This document shows positions 9,392 to 17,794 of a DNA stretch of 29,991 bases, in pieces. How positions within the stretch are numbered: the stretch's first letter is position 1; the number at the start of each line of letters is the position of its first letter. The DNA comes from a virus (Duplodnaviria > Caudoviricetes): the IMG/VR virus record IMGVR_UViG_3300020138_000097, positions 1 to 29,991 of that record, one strand, 5' to 3'. The position numbers were made by a program, and so were the translations under genes. The notes beneath the pieces are model-generated. The model was given only the letters and a program-made list of their open reading frames with translations. It made no database searches and had not been told where the DNA came from.

Positions 9392-11155
9392 ATGACATCC
9401 ATTTCGAACATCGTTTATCAAAAAACACAGTCGGAAGGGACGGGAAACATATCCCTTTCCTCCGTTGCGGGCTATCGCAGTTTTTACGCGGCCTTCGGCA
9501 CGGGCGGCAACGATATGTTTTTTTACGCCCTGCGCCATCATGCACTGGACGAATGGGAGATCGGCACGGGGCATTTGTCGGATGCGACGACGCTGGTGCG
9601 CGATACGGTCATCGCCTCCAGCAATGCGGGCACGCACGTGAGTTTTTCGGCAGGTGACAAAGACGTTGTGAACGACATTCCCGCAGAGCGGCAATTGCCC
9701 CTGCCCGCCGCGCCGCAGACGGGCGATCTGCTGCGCTATGACGGCAGCAAGTGGGAGCGCCTGTCGCGCGGCACGAGCGGCCAGATGCTGCAAAGCACGG
9801 CAGAGGCGATAAACTGGGCCACGCCCGCCATCGGCGATATCGGCGGGCTGCAATCGGCGCTGGACGGCAAAAGCGGCACGGACCATACCCATAGCAGCGC
9901 CGATATGACCGATTTCACCGCGCAAATGGCCGCCAAGGCCGATGCCGTCCACGGCCACGCCATTGACGATGTGACGGATTTGAGCGATGCGCTCGCCGCC
10001 AAAGCCGATGCGGCGCATAGCCATGCGACAGCCGATATCACCGGCCTTGCCGCCGCGCTGGCGGACAAGGCGGCGGCGACGCATACGCATGCCGTCGGCG
10101 ATGTCACGGGCCTGCAATCGGCGCTGGACGGCAAGGCGGATGCGAGCCATACGCATACCGCCGCGGCTATTACGGATCTTTCGGAAGCGCTGGCGGCCTA
10201 TGCGCCCGTGGCGCGGCAGATCGGCGGCGCGGGCAGCCTCACGGGCGGCGGGGATTTAACGGCAGACCGCAGCCTGCAACTGACAGGCGATGCCGATACG
10301 CCCGGCAATAACAAATATTACGGCACCGACGGCGCCGGCGATAAAGGCTTTCACGACCTGCCCACGGGCGCGGCGGCGGAGAATATCAGCGCCGATACCG
10401 CGGCGCTGCGCCTGATTACGGGCGGCGATGTGCAGGCGGCGCTCGCCGCCGCCGATGGCGCCCTGCTGCAAGGCGGTTTTTCACCCCGGCATTTGATTGC
10501 CTTTCATCATCTGGCGGGTAACCTGTCGGGCAGCATTTTCACGGCATCCGCCAGCGGCTCGGGCGCGAATGCCGGCACCGTCGATACGGATTATATCCGG
10601 AATACCGACGCCCTCGGCACGCTGTATATGTCTTGCGGGACGGCGGCGTCAGGCGCGGCCCTGCGCGGCTTCGGCAACGCGCCGCTGATGGTGCACGCAG
10701 ACGGCAAGACCATCAAAATCGTCAGCCGCATACAAATCGGCACGCTGATCGCGACGGGATCGCAGGAATTCTATGCCTGGGGCGGGTTGACCGCCGGCAC
10801 GGCCGCCACGACCAATCCCGATACGACCGTCGGCGTTTACTGGATCTATGATAAAACCAGCGCCAACTGGCAATTGCGCCGACGGCTTGCATCCTCCACC
10901 GACAGCGTGGATACGGGCGTCGTGGTGGAAGTGGATACCTGGTACGACATGGCTCTGACCGTCCACGGCGACAGCGACCAGAACGACGTTTCCATGACGC
11001 TCGCCATCAACGGCACCGATGTCGCCACGATCGATACGCTGCCCGCTTATGTGTCCTATAATGTCGTTTCCGCCGCGATCCAGAAAAAGCTCGGCAGCGG
11101 CGCGCGTTACCTCTACCTCGACTACGAGGGTATTTTCGCAGGGCGCAGCGCATGA
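9392..11155 (+). CDS. Virion fibre-like protein with HxH repeats
   Basis: N-terminal phage fibre-type domain (GTGNISL..EWEIGTG..TTLVRDTVIASSNAG..FSAGDKDV), central 22-aa HxH repeats and a beta-rich C-terminal domain. Confidence 0.75.
   Translation: MTSISNIVYQKTQSEGTGNISLSSVAGYRSFYAAFGTGGNDMFFYALRHHALDEWEIGTGHLSDATTLVRDTVIASSNAGTHVSFSAGDKDVVNDIPAERQLPLPAAPQTGDLLRYDGSKWERLSRGTSGQMLQSTAEAINWATPAIGDIGGLQSALDGKSGTDHTHSSADMTDFTAQMAAKADAVHGHAIDDVTDLSDALAAKADAAHSHATADITGLAAALADKAAATHTHAVGDVTGLQSALDGKADASHTHTAAAITDLSEALAAYAPVARQIGGAGSLTGGGDLTADRSLQLTGDADTPGNNKYYGTDGAGDKGFHDLPTGAAAENISADTAALRLITGGDVQAALAAADGALLQGGFSPRHLIAFHHLAGNLSGSIFTASASGSGANAGTVDTDYIRNTDALGTLYMSCGTAASGAALRGFGNAPLMVHADGKTIKIVSRIQIGTLIATGSQEFYAWGGLTAGTAATTNPDTTVGVYWIYDKTSANWQLRRRLASSTDSVDTGVVVEVDTWYDMALTVHGDSDQNDVSMTLAINGTDVATIDTLPAYVSYNVVSAAIQKKLGSGARYLYLDYEGIFAGRSA
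9830..10200 (+). repeat. 66-nt/22-aa tandem repeat (phage tail repeat-like)
   Basis: HxH codons start at 9884, 9950, 10016, 10082 and 10148. The 23-mer CTGCAATCGGCGCTGGACGGCAA is identical at 9848 and 10112, which is 4x66 nt apart. Confidence 0.9.
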
Positions 11156-11328
11156 CGGGCCAGCCGCTTTTCGCCGCGCCGATCGCTGCGGTCCTGCCGC
11201 AAGGCATGGCAAGCCTGTCCGCGGGCGGCGCGCGGTATTTCGGCATTTCCTGCCGCTTTGCCGGCGCATCGTCGCAAGCCGCGCGGTACGCGCCCGCCCG
11301 CCACATATCCGCCATACTCGTCCATTGA
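11152..11328 (+). CDS. Small hypothetical protein (58 aa, absent from the ORF track)
   Basis: ATGA overlap with the fibre gene stop. MTGQPLFAAPIAAVLPQ...HISAILVH* fills the gap up to the next RBS (GAGG). Confidence 0.55.
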   Translation: MTGQPLFAAPIAAVLPQGMASLSAGGARYFGISCRFAGASSQAARYAPARHISAILVH

Positions 11329-11346
11329 AACAAGAGGCCGCCGCCC

Positions 11347-11691
11347 ATGCATATCAACCCCCATCCCCTGATCCGTACCCATAGCGGGGAGGATATCGTC
11401 CTTGCCTTTCACGTGACGGACGCGGCGGGCGTGGCGCTGGATCTGACCGAAGCTGCCGCCACCTATAAAATCGCCCGCCGCGCGGGAGAATCCGCGCTGC
11501 TCGTCAAAACGCAGGAGGACGGCATCGTCCTTTCCGGCGGCACGGCGACGGTATCGCTGAACACGGCAGCACTGGCAGCGGACGGGCAGCCGTTGATCGG
11601 CGACTTCTGGGGGCAGCTGACCCTGTCCCTGAACGGCGCCACGCAGGTGGCGGCCGAAGGGCCGCTCGCCGTCGCCCCTGTCATTGCCTGA
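11347..11691 (+). CDS. Small beta-sandwich structural/adaptor protein (BppU-N/LtfC-like)
   Basis: GEDIVLAFHVTDAAGVALDLTEAAATYKIAR..GTATVSL pattern typical of fibre-attachment domains. Confidence 0.55.
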   Translation: MHINPHPLIRTHSGEDIVLAFHVTDAAGVALDLTEAAATYKIARRAGESALLVKTQEDGIVLSGGTATVSLNTAALAADGQPLIGDFWGQLTLSLNGATQVAAEGPLAVAPVIA

Positions 11692-11711
11692 TCTTTTCGG
11701 GAGTTTTTCGC

Positions 11712-12446
11712 ATGTCCCTGCATCTGACTTCGCCGCTGGAACTGAAATTCGTCGCCGGTGGCGGCACGTTCGAAGGCTATGCCTCCGTTTTCCACGTCAC
11801 CGACAGCGCCAACGACCGCGTGCAACCGGGCGCGTTCCGAAAATCGCTGGAAAGCGCGCGGGCGGAAAACCGCCTGCCGCCGCTGCTATGGCAGCACGAC
11901 GCGCAAAAGCCCATCGGCGTCTGGCACGAGATGTTCGAGGACAGCCACGGGCTGTTTGTCCGCGGGGAGCTGTTTGTGGAGGACATCGCCCAGGCGCGCG
12001 AAGCCTATAAGCTCATGCGCGCGGGTGTCGTCACGGGGCTGTCCATCGGCTACCGCACTATCAAGGCCGAACGCGACGCCAAAAGCGGCGCGCGGCTGCT
12101 GACCGAAGTGGAATTGCTGGAAGTTTCCATGGTCACTTTCCCCGCCAATGCGCTGGCACGGGTGCGGCATGTGAAATCCCTGCTGGCGGACGGACAAATT
12201 CCGTCCGAACGTGAATTTGAGGCTTTCCTGCGCGAGGCAGGCCTGAGCCGCAAACAAGCCAAGGGGCTGATCGCCCATGGCTATAAAGCCCTCATTTCTG
12301 ACGGCTGCAACGCCCTCGACGCGCGGGATGCGGCGTCAACGGCGGCAAGCGATGATGCCGACACCCATGCCGCCATCCGGCGGCTGGCGGAGGATATGCA
12401 TCGTGCCGCCGCTTCCCTTTCCCTCCTCTCTTTTGACAAGGAATAA
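11712..12446 (+). CDS. Prohead protease, HK97 family (peptidase S78)
   Basis: FEGYASVF, LLWQHD, GLSIGY and LLEVSMVTFPAN motifs. Confidence 0.95.
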   Translation: MSLHLTSPLELKFVAGGGTFEGYASVFHVTDSANDRVQPGAFRKSLESARAENRLPPLLWQHDAQKPIGVWHEMFEDSHGLFVRGELFVEDIAQAREAYKLMRAGVVTGLSIGYRTIKAERDAKSGARLLTEVELLEVSMVTFPANALARVRHVKSLLADGQIPSEREFEAFLREAGLSRKQAKGLIAHGYKALISDGCNALDARDAASTAASDDADTHAAIRRLAEDMHRAAASLSLLSFDKE

Positions 12447-12449
12447 CAG

Positions 12450-13736
12450 ATGACAAACGACATCCGCTCCGCGGTCTACGATCTGGGCCGCGCTTTCGAG
12501 GCTTTCAAGGAAGCCAATGACCAGCGCCTGCGCGAGATCGAACGCCGGGGCAGCGCCGACCCGCTGACCGAAATGAAAGTCAACCGCCTGAACGCCGAAA
12601 TCACCCGCGCGATCGATTCCGCCGATGCCGCCAAACGCCGCGTCGACCAGATCGAAACCGCCATGCACCGCAGCCCCGTGGGCGGCGGCGGCGACTGGAA
12701 GGAAGCCGAAACCTTCATGCTGGAGCGCAAAGGGTTCATCAGCGGCGATCTCGGCATCGACGCCTATCGCCAGTATAAAGGCGCGTTCCGCAGCTACTTG
12801 CGTAAAAACAATGCCGGCAGCGGCGTGGACGAGATCAAGGCGCTGTCCGTCGGCTCCGACCCCGACGGCGGCTATACCGTGACGCCCGATATGTCGGGCC
12901 GCATCGCGGCGCTGGTGCGCGAAACGTCGCCCATGCGCCAGGTGGCGAACGTCATCACCATCGGCACCGACGCGCTGGAGGGCATCCACGACACGGGCGA
13001 GGCGACCTCCGGCTGGGTGGGCGAAACCGAAGCCCGCACGGAAACCGCCGCGCCCAAAATCGGCGAATACCGCATTCCCGTGCACGAGCAGTATGCGGAA
13101 CCGCGCGCGACGCAAAAACTGCTCGACGACAGCCTGTTCAATATCGAGGAGTGGCTGTCCCTGAAAATCGCGGAACGCCTTTCGCGAATGGAAAACGAAA
13201 GCTTCATCCACGGCAACGGCGTGAAAAAGCCGCGCGGGTTCCTGACCTATGCGACGGGCACGCCCGGCGCGTCCGGTTTTAACGTGATCGAGCAGCTGCC
13301 GAGCGGCGGCGCGGGCGGCTTTGCCGCGGAGGATCCGGGCGACGCCCTGATCAACCTCGTCTACGCCCTGAAATCCGCGTATCGCGAGAAGGCGGTTTTC
13401 ATGATGAAGCGATCGACCCTTGCCGAGATGCGCAAGCTGAAGGACGGCAGCGATAATTACCTCTGGCAGCCGGACTTCCAGATGCAGCAGGGCGGCACGC
13501 TTTTGGGCTTTAACGTGGTGGAGGCGGAGGATATGCCCGCCATCGGCGCGGACAGCCTTTCCATTGCCTTCGGCGATTTCAACGCGGGATACCAGATCGT
13601 TGACCGCCAGGGCATCCGTATTTTGCGCGACAGCTTCACCGCCAAGCCCTACGTCAAGTTCTATACGACGAAGCGCGTGGGCGGCGACGTGGTGAATTTC
13701 GAGGCGATCAAGCTGATGAAATTCTCCGCCGCCTGA
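12450..13736 (+). CDS. Major capsid protein, HK97 family (RcGTA g5-like)
   Basis: KALSVGSDPDGGY, SPMRQVA, ATQKLLDDS, IAFGDFNAGYQIVDR and KPYVKFYTTKRVGG motifs. AAGGA RBS. Confidence 0.96.
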   Translation: MTNDIRSAVYDLGRAFEAFKEANDQRLREIERRGSADPLTEMKVNRLNAEITRAIDSADAAKRRVDQIETAMHRSPVGGGGDWKEAETFMLERKGFISGDLGIDAYRQYKGAFRSYLRKNNAGSGVDEIKALSVGSDPDGGYTVTPDMSGRIAALVRETSPMRQVANVITIGTDALEGIHDTGEATSGWVGETEARTETAAPKIGEYRIPVHEQYAEPRATQKLLDDSLFNIEEWLSLKIAERLSRMENESFIHGNGVKKPRGFLTYATGTPGASGFNVIEQLPSGGAGGFAAEDPGDALINLVYALKSAYREKAVFMMKRSTLAEMRKLKDGSDNYLWQPDFQMQQGGTLLGFNVVEAEDMPAIGADSLSIAFGDFNAGYQIVDRQGIRILRDSFTAKPYVKFYTTKRVGGDVVNFEAIKLMKFSAA

Positions 13737-13817
13737 AGCTGACCCTCGCGCAAGGCCCCCGGCGAGCCATTGCCGCCTTGCACACCCCGCCTCCCCTGAC
13801 GGCGCGGTTTTTTAAAA

Positions 13818-13849
13818 CCGGCGCCGCGCGGCGGCTTCCGGGGGTTTTT
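13818..13849 (+). terminator. Imperfect terminator-like hairpin after the capsid gene
   Basis: CCGG-c-GCCGC/gcg/GCGGC-tt-CCGG followed by GGGTTTTT. Confidence 0.4.
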
Positions 13850-13878
13850 CATTCAATACTTGAAAAAGGACAAACCAG

Positions 13879-14328
13879 ATGCACGATATTGTAAACAACA
13901 TTGCGGTCCTGCAGGTGCTGGCCCCGCAAACCATCCAGGCCGAGGCGCTCGACAGCGGCGCGATCGACATGCAGGGCTGCGATGCGCTGGCCGTGGCCGT
14001 ATTGATCGGCGCCATCGGCGATACGCTGGCCGCCGGCAAGCGTATCGACCTTAAAATCCAGCATGCCGATGACGACGGCACGGGCGCGCCCGCCGCTTTT
14101 GAAAACTGCACGGCGGAGGACGTCTTGAATGCCGATACCGTCACGAACGGCCTTTTCCTCTCGATAGATGACGATGCGCAGGAAAATGCGCGCCACGTCG
14201 TGGGCTATCGCGGCGGCAAGCGCTTCGTCAAGGTGACGGCAACGCCCGTTTCCCTGTCCACCGGCGGGCCGGTCGCCATGCTGGCGCTGCAAGGCAACGC
14301 GGCGCAAAAGCCCGTGGATAACGGCTGA
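13879..14328 (+). CDS. Putative capsid decoration/cement protein
   Basis: 149 aa directly after the MCP with AAAGGA RBS. Beta-rich pattern AIDMQG..LKIQHADD..GYRGGKRFVKVTATP recalls Bbp16-like jelly-roll cement proteins. Confidence 0.6.
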   Translation: MHDIVNNIAVLQVLAPQTIQAEALDSGAIDMQGCDALAVAVLIGAIGDTLAAGKRIDLKIQHADDDGTGAPAAFENCTAEDVLNADTVTNGLFLSIDDDAQENARHVVGYRGGKRFVKVTATPVSLSTGGPVAMLALQGNAAQKPVDNG

Positions 14329-14348
14329 TTCCCCTGCCCCCTCCCCTG

Positions 14349-14385
14349 GCCGGTGCGGCGGGCTTTTTGCCGCACCGGCTTTTTT
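14349..14385 (+). terminator. Rho-independent terminator
   Basis: Perfect 11-bp stem GCCGGTGCGGC/GCCGCACCGGC followed by T6. Confidence 0.85.
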
Positions 14386-14391
14386 CCAACC

Positions 14392-14645
14392 AAACAGTTC
14401 TTTGAAACCGGGAAATCCCGTCTGGTTGTAAAAAACTCCATGCGCGAATCTTGCGCAGACTGGACGCGCTTCATGCCGCGGAAGAAGCGGAAGACGTTAA
14501 TCTTCCCGGATTTGACTTCCACGGGTTAAGAGGTTTTAAACCGAAACGGTATACAATACATGTGAATGGGCCTTGGTGCATTACGTTCGCTTTCGAGAAG
14601 GGTCATGCAAGCGAGGTTGACTTTGAAAATTACCATCAAAATTGA
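14392..14645 (+). pseudogene. higB: HigB/RelE-family toxin, 5'-truncated and frameshifted
   Basis: KQFFETGKSRLVV in one frame and LHARILRRLDAL..LPGFDFHGLRG..RYTIHVNGPWCITFAF..DFENYH in the -1 frame. The shift is at the A6 run 14430-14435. No start codon or RBS for the first segment. Confidence 0.8.
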
Positions 14646-14661
14646 TGGAAGGAATTTAGTG

Positions 14662-14973
14662 ATGAACAATAAAAGATGCCCGTCCCATCCCGGCATTCTT
14701 TTAAAAGAAGATGTGCTTCCCGCCATGAACCTGACGAAATCGCGGGCGGCGGAGTTGCTGGGCGTTTCCCGTGCATACCTTTACCGTCTTTTGGACGGTG
14801 AAGTGCCCATGTCCGTCGAAATGTGCCTGAAGATCGGCAAGCTTGCCGGCAACGGCGGGCGGCTGTGGTGGAACATGCAGGCCGCCTATAACCTGTGGCA
14901 GGCGGAGCACGACCCGGAAATACGCAAAATAGTGAAACGCGTGCCTTCATACAAAGAACTTGAAAGCGCATAA
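14662..14973 (+). CDS. higA: HigA-family antitoxin (XRE HTH)
   Basis: HPGILLKEDVLP..AAELLGVSRAYLYRLL..WWNMQAAYNLW, with GAAGGA RBS. Confidence 0.92.
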   Translation: MNNKRCPSHPGILLKEDVLPAMNLTKSRAAELLGVSRAYLYRLLDGEVPMSVEMCLKIGKLAGNGGRLWWNMQAAYNLWQAEHDPEIRKIVKRVPSYKELESA

Positions 14974-14995
14974 AGACTACCCCAGTAAACCAGAC

Positions 14996-15020
14996 AAACC
15001 CGGCTCAAGCCGGGTTTTTT
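14996..15020 (+). terminator. Rho-independent terminator
   Basis: AAACCCGGCT-ca-AGCCGGGTTTTTT. Confidence 0.85.
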
Positions 15021-15042
15021 ATTGGCCGAAAGCGAGTTTTTG

Positions 15043-15684
15043 ATGTCCCGACCTGCTTATCACCTGATCGAAACGGCGTCGCCGGGCGCAGAGCCCGTAA
15101 CGCTGGAGGAAGTGAAGCTGCATTTGCGCATCACGCATGATCATGAAGACACGCTTTTGTCATCGCTGATCATGACGGCGCGCCTGATTTGCGAAGCGGA
15201 CACCGGCCTTGCACTGATCACCCGCGCCTACAGCCTGTGGCTGGACAGCTGGCCGTCCGCGCCGCAGCGCGAATGGTGGGACGGCGTGCGCGAAGGCATT
15301 GCCGCAGGCGGCGGGGAAACCGTTTTCCTGCCCCGTCCGCCGCTAATCGCTGTCAGCGCGATTTTAATCTATGCCGACAACGGCGCATCCGGCGCTCTCG
15401 ACCCCGAAAACTATCATACGGATACCATCCGCAAACCCGGGCGCATCGTGCTGCGCTACGGCGTCAGCGCGCCCGTTCCGGGCCGCAGTGTCAACGGCAT
15501 CGAAATCCGCTATACCGCCGGTTTCGGCGCGACGCCGCACAGCATCCCCGCCCCGCTGCGCCAGGGCATGTTGCAAATGATCGCACATTTGTACCGCCTG
15601 CGCGGCGATGCGCCGGAAACGGCCCTGCATGCCTCCGGTGCGGCGGCGCTGTTCCGCCCGTTTCAGCAGATGAGGCTGTCGTGA
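15043..15684 (+). CDS. Head-tail connector (gp6-like, RcGTA g6-like)
   Basis: AEPVTLEEVKLHLRI, TGLALITR, NGIEIRYTAGFGA and IPAPLRQGMLQMIAHLY motifs. Confidence 0.9.
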   Translation: MSRPAYHLIETASPGAEPVTLEEVKLHLRITHDHEDTLLSSLIMTARLICEADTGLALITRAYSLWLDSWPSAPQREWWDGVREGIAAGGGETVFLPRPPLIAVSAILIYADNGASGALDPENYHTDTIRKPGRIVLRYGVSAPVPGRSVNGIEIRYTAGFGATPHSIPAPLRQGMLQMIAHLYRLRGDAPETALHASGAAALFRPFQQMRLS

Positions 15685-16007
15685 TCGGCGCGATGCGGCA
15701 CCTGCTGACGCTGCAGGAAGAAGTTTTAATCCCCGCGGGCGGCGGCGGATTCACGCGCACGTGGCAAAATATTACCACCACGCCGCAGGTTTTTGCGGAA
15801 ATCACCGCCATCGGCGGCGGCATGCGAACAGACCTGCGGCAGGAAACGGCGATGGCCGTCTACCGCCTGCGCATCTATCACCGCCGCGATGTGGCGGCGG
15901 GCATGCGGCTGGTCGGCGATGCGCGCATTTATTACATCCGCCATGTCGCCGACCCCGACGGGACGGAGCGCTATCTGCACCTGACGGCAGAGGCGCACGG
16001 CATTTAA
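15681..16007 (+). CDS. Head closure / head-tail adaptor (SPP1 gp16-like)
   Basis: GTGA overlap. MRHLLTLQE..GGGGFTRTW..RLRIYHRRDVAAGMRLV..YYIRHVADPDG. Confidence 0.88.
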   Translation: MIGAMRHLLTLQEEVLIPAGGGGFTRTWQNITTTPQVFAEITAIGGGMRTDLRQETAMAVYRLRIYHRRDVAAGMRLVGDARIYYIRHVADPDGTERYLHLTAEAHGI

Positions 16008-16012
16008 CCGCT

Positions 16013-16040
16013 TTCATGAAAACAGGGTGCGCGGTATGAT
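16013..16040 (+). promoter_or_regulatory. Possible promoter of a leaderless transcript
   Basis: TTCATG, 16-nt spacer, TATGAT ending 6 nt before ATG 16047. No RBS visible. Confidence 0.35.
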
Positions 16041-16046
16041 AACGCC

Positions 16047-16457
16047 ATGTTATTCGCCGTTTTTATGATCGTGATCTGGGGGCTTGCCCTTTTCCACCGC
16101 GCGGAACACAGGGGCCTGCCCGCAGAGCTTGCCGCCATTCATCCGCAAGCCGCGCCGGATGCGGGCGCGCGGATCGCGGGAACGGACTGGCGCGTGACGG
16201 CGCATACACCGAGCCGGCTGACAGTCAAGCGCGCGTTCGAGCCCGTCGGCCGGGCGGGAAAGCTGCGCTATGCCGTGCCGGTGCTGGCGGTCGCCATCAT
16301 GATGATCTGGCTGCAAAGTGCGGCGCTGACGGCTTTTTACCTGGGGTTTTTATATCTGCGCTGGTTTGCGCTGCGCATCGAGATTGAAAAAGGCGCCGAC
16401 CGCATGTTTCACGTGCTGATCGGCGCCCATCATTTGTACGCGGATAAAATCCCGTAA
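16047..16457 (+). CDS. Hypothetical membrane protein (inserted gene)
   Basis: Hydrophobic N-terminus plus a hydrophobic hairpin (YAVPVLAVAIMMIWL..AFYLGFLYLRWF). No phage motif recognised. Confidence 0.6.
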   Translation: MLFAVFMIVIWGLALFHRAEHRGLPAELAAIHPQAAPDAGARIAGTDWRVTAHTPSRLTVKRAFEPVGRAGKLRYAVPVLAVAIMMIWLQSAALTAFYLGFLYLRWFALRIEIEKGADRMFHVLIGAHHLYADKIP

Positions 16458-16459
16458 GC

Positions 16460-17227
16460 TTACTCGGCAGGTTGCTCCTCCGGTTTTTCTTCGGCTTGCT
16501 TTTGCGCTTCCGCCGCGTCGGGGGCTGCCTCTTCCGTTGCTTTCGTTTTTGGCGTTGCTTTCGTTTCCGACCCGGCTTTATCCTTCTCGATCAGATCATG
16601 ATCAGGCGCGGGGCCCAGCTGAGAGGGAGACATCGGCCGCCATTCCTTCGCGCCGCGCTCGGCCGCCGCGCGCTCCAGCGGGTTCAGCTTTTCGCCGACC
16701 TGCTTTGCCATGTTCCCCGCGACTTGCGCCATATTGGGGAAGGCCGTGCCTTCGCTCGCGATCAGGAACCATTTATAGGATTCGGAATGATTGGGCTTGA
16801 AATCGAAGGTTTCGCCCTTGCTGCCCTGATAAAGATGCACGGCGTAGAAAAAAGCGCAGGTCTGGTCGCCCATTTTCGCGCCGCGCTCGAACCATTCGAT
16901 GGCAAGGCGCGTGTTTTGCGAAACCCCACGACCACCCTGGTAAAAAGTCGCCACGGCGCGGATGCCTTCCACGTTGTCTTTTTCCGCCGCGCGGCGGAAA
17001 AGCAAAAAGGCCTCCACATCGTCCCGGTCGACGCCGAAGCCCTGCGCGTACATATTGCCGAGCAGGATCATGGCGCGGGCATCGCCGCGCTCCGCCGCGG
17101 GGCGCAGATTGGCGATCGCCTCCCGCCACTGCCGGGTGTCATAGGCGACTTTGCCCTGGTTGAAATCGGCAAGGGCCGGCGCCGCCGTAAAAAACAGCGA
17201 CAGCAGGGCTGCAAGAACAATATGCAT
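16460..17227 (-). CDS. Exported Sel1-repeat protein
   Basis: Signal peptide MHIVLAALLSLFFTAAPALA. Sel1 repeats AAERGDARAMILLGNMYAQGFGVDRDDVEA and YQGGRGVSQNTRLAIEWFERGAKMGD. Confidence 0.9.
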   Translation of the reverse strand: MHIVLAALLSLFFTAAPALADFNQGKVAYDTRQWREAIANLRPAAERGDARAMILLGNMYAQGFGVDRDDVEAFLLFRRAAEKDNVEGIRAVATFYQGGRGVSQNTRLAIEWFERGAKMGDQTCAFFYAVHLYQGSKGETFDFKPNHSESYKWFLIASEGTAFPNMAQVAGNMAKQVGEKLNPLERAAAERGAKEWRPMSPSQLGPAPDHDLIEKDKAGSETKATPKTKATEEAAPDAAEAQKQAEEKPEEQPAE

Positions 17228-17340
17228 AGGCGGTGACACTCCTTCAGATAGCCGCGGGACGAATAACCTCATCAATGACGAGCCATTCTTTAAGGATAAT
17301 CCCTTGCGCTCCGTTTTTCAAACAGCAAGAGCATAAAACC

Positions 17341-17760
17341 ATGTCCGCAGAAACCTTGTTACATGTACAAGCCGCCGTTTACGGGCGGCTTTCGGGCGAT
17401 GACGCGGTCACGTCCCTGCTGGCGGCGGCGGATGCCGTTTACGATCAGGTGCCGCAAGGCAGCGCTTTTCCCTATATCGTGCTGGCCGATATGGCCGCCC
17501 GCCCCGCCGATACCCAGCGGTTTTCGGAAACGGCGGTTTTTTTGAGCATCGAAACCTACAGCCGCACCGCCGGCAAGCACGAATGCCAGCGCATCGCCGC
17601 CGCCATCGAAGCCGCCCTGCACGAGGCCGACTTCGCCGTAACGGAGCACCGGCTGGTGTTTTGCCGCATCGCCGCCACCGAAATTGCGCAAATCTATGAC
17701 GCCACGACCTGGCGCTGCCGCCAGAACCTGCAACTGCTTGTCGAACCCGTCGACGCCTGA
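17341..17760 (+). CDS. Tail completion/terminator protein (DUF3168, RcGTA g8-like)
   Basis: VQAAVYGRLSGD..VYDQVPQGSAFPYIVL..YSRTAGKHECQRIAAAIEAALH. Confidence 0.9.
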   Translation: MSAETLLHVQAAVYGRLSGDDAVTSLLAAADAVYDQVPQGSAFPYIVLADMAARPADTQRFSETAVFLSIETYSRTAGKHECQRIAAAIEAALHEADFAVTEHRLVFCRIAATEIAQIYDATTWRCRQNLQLLVEPVDA

Positions 17761-17794
17761 CTTTTGCCTGTATTTTTTATAAAAGGAGACCGCC

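Noticed and set aside
9830-10200. CRISPR array or DGR template/variable repeat pair
   Set aside because: The repeats are in-frame coding units with codon-level divergence. There are no spacers, cas genes or reverse transcriptase.
14326-14645. Decoration protein-HigB fusion through stop readthrough plus frameshift
   Set aside because: The higB 5' fragment shares the upstream gene's frame, but expression would need readthrough, terminator bypass and slippage together. A pseudogene is far simpler.
15189-15680. ORF-track upstream extensions (15189, 19282, 17233, 14566, 26466)
   Set aside because: They overlap real upstream genes or spacers. Family motifs begin at coupled or RBS-supported starts 15681, 19621, 17341, 14662 and 26682.
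16454-16463. Palindrome GTAAGCTTAC at the junction of convergent genes
   Set aside because: It arises trivially from two facing TAA stop codons.
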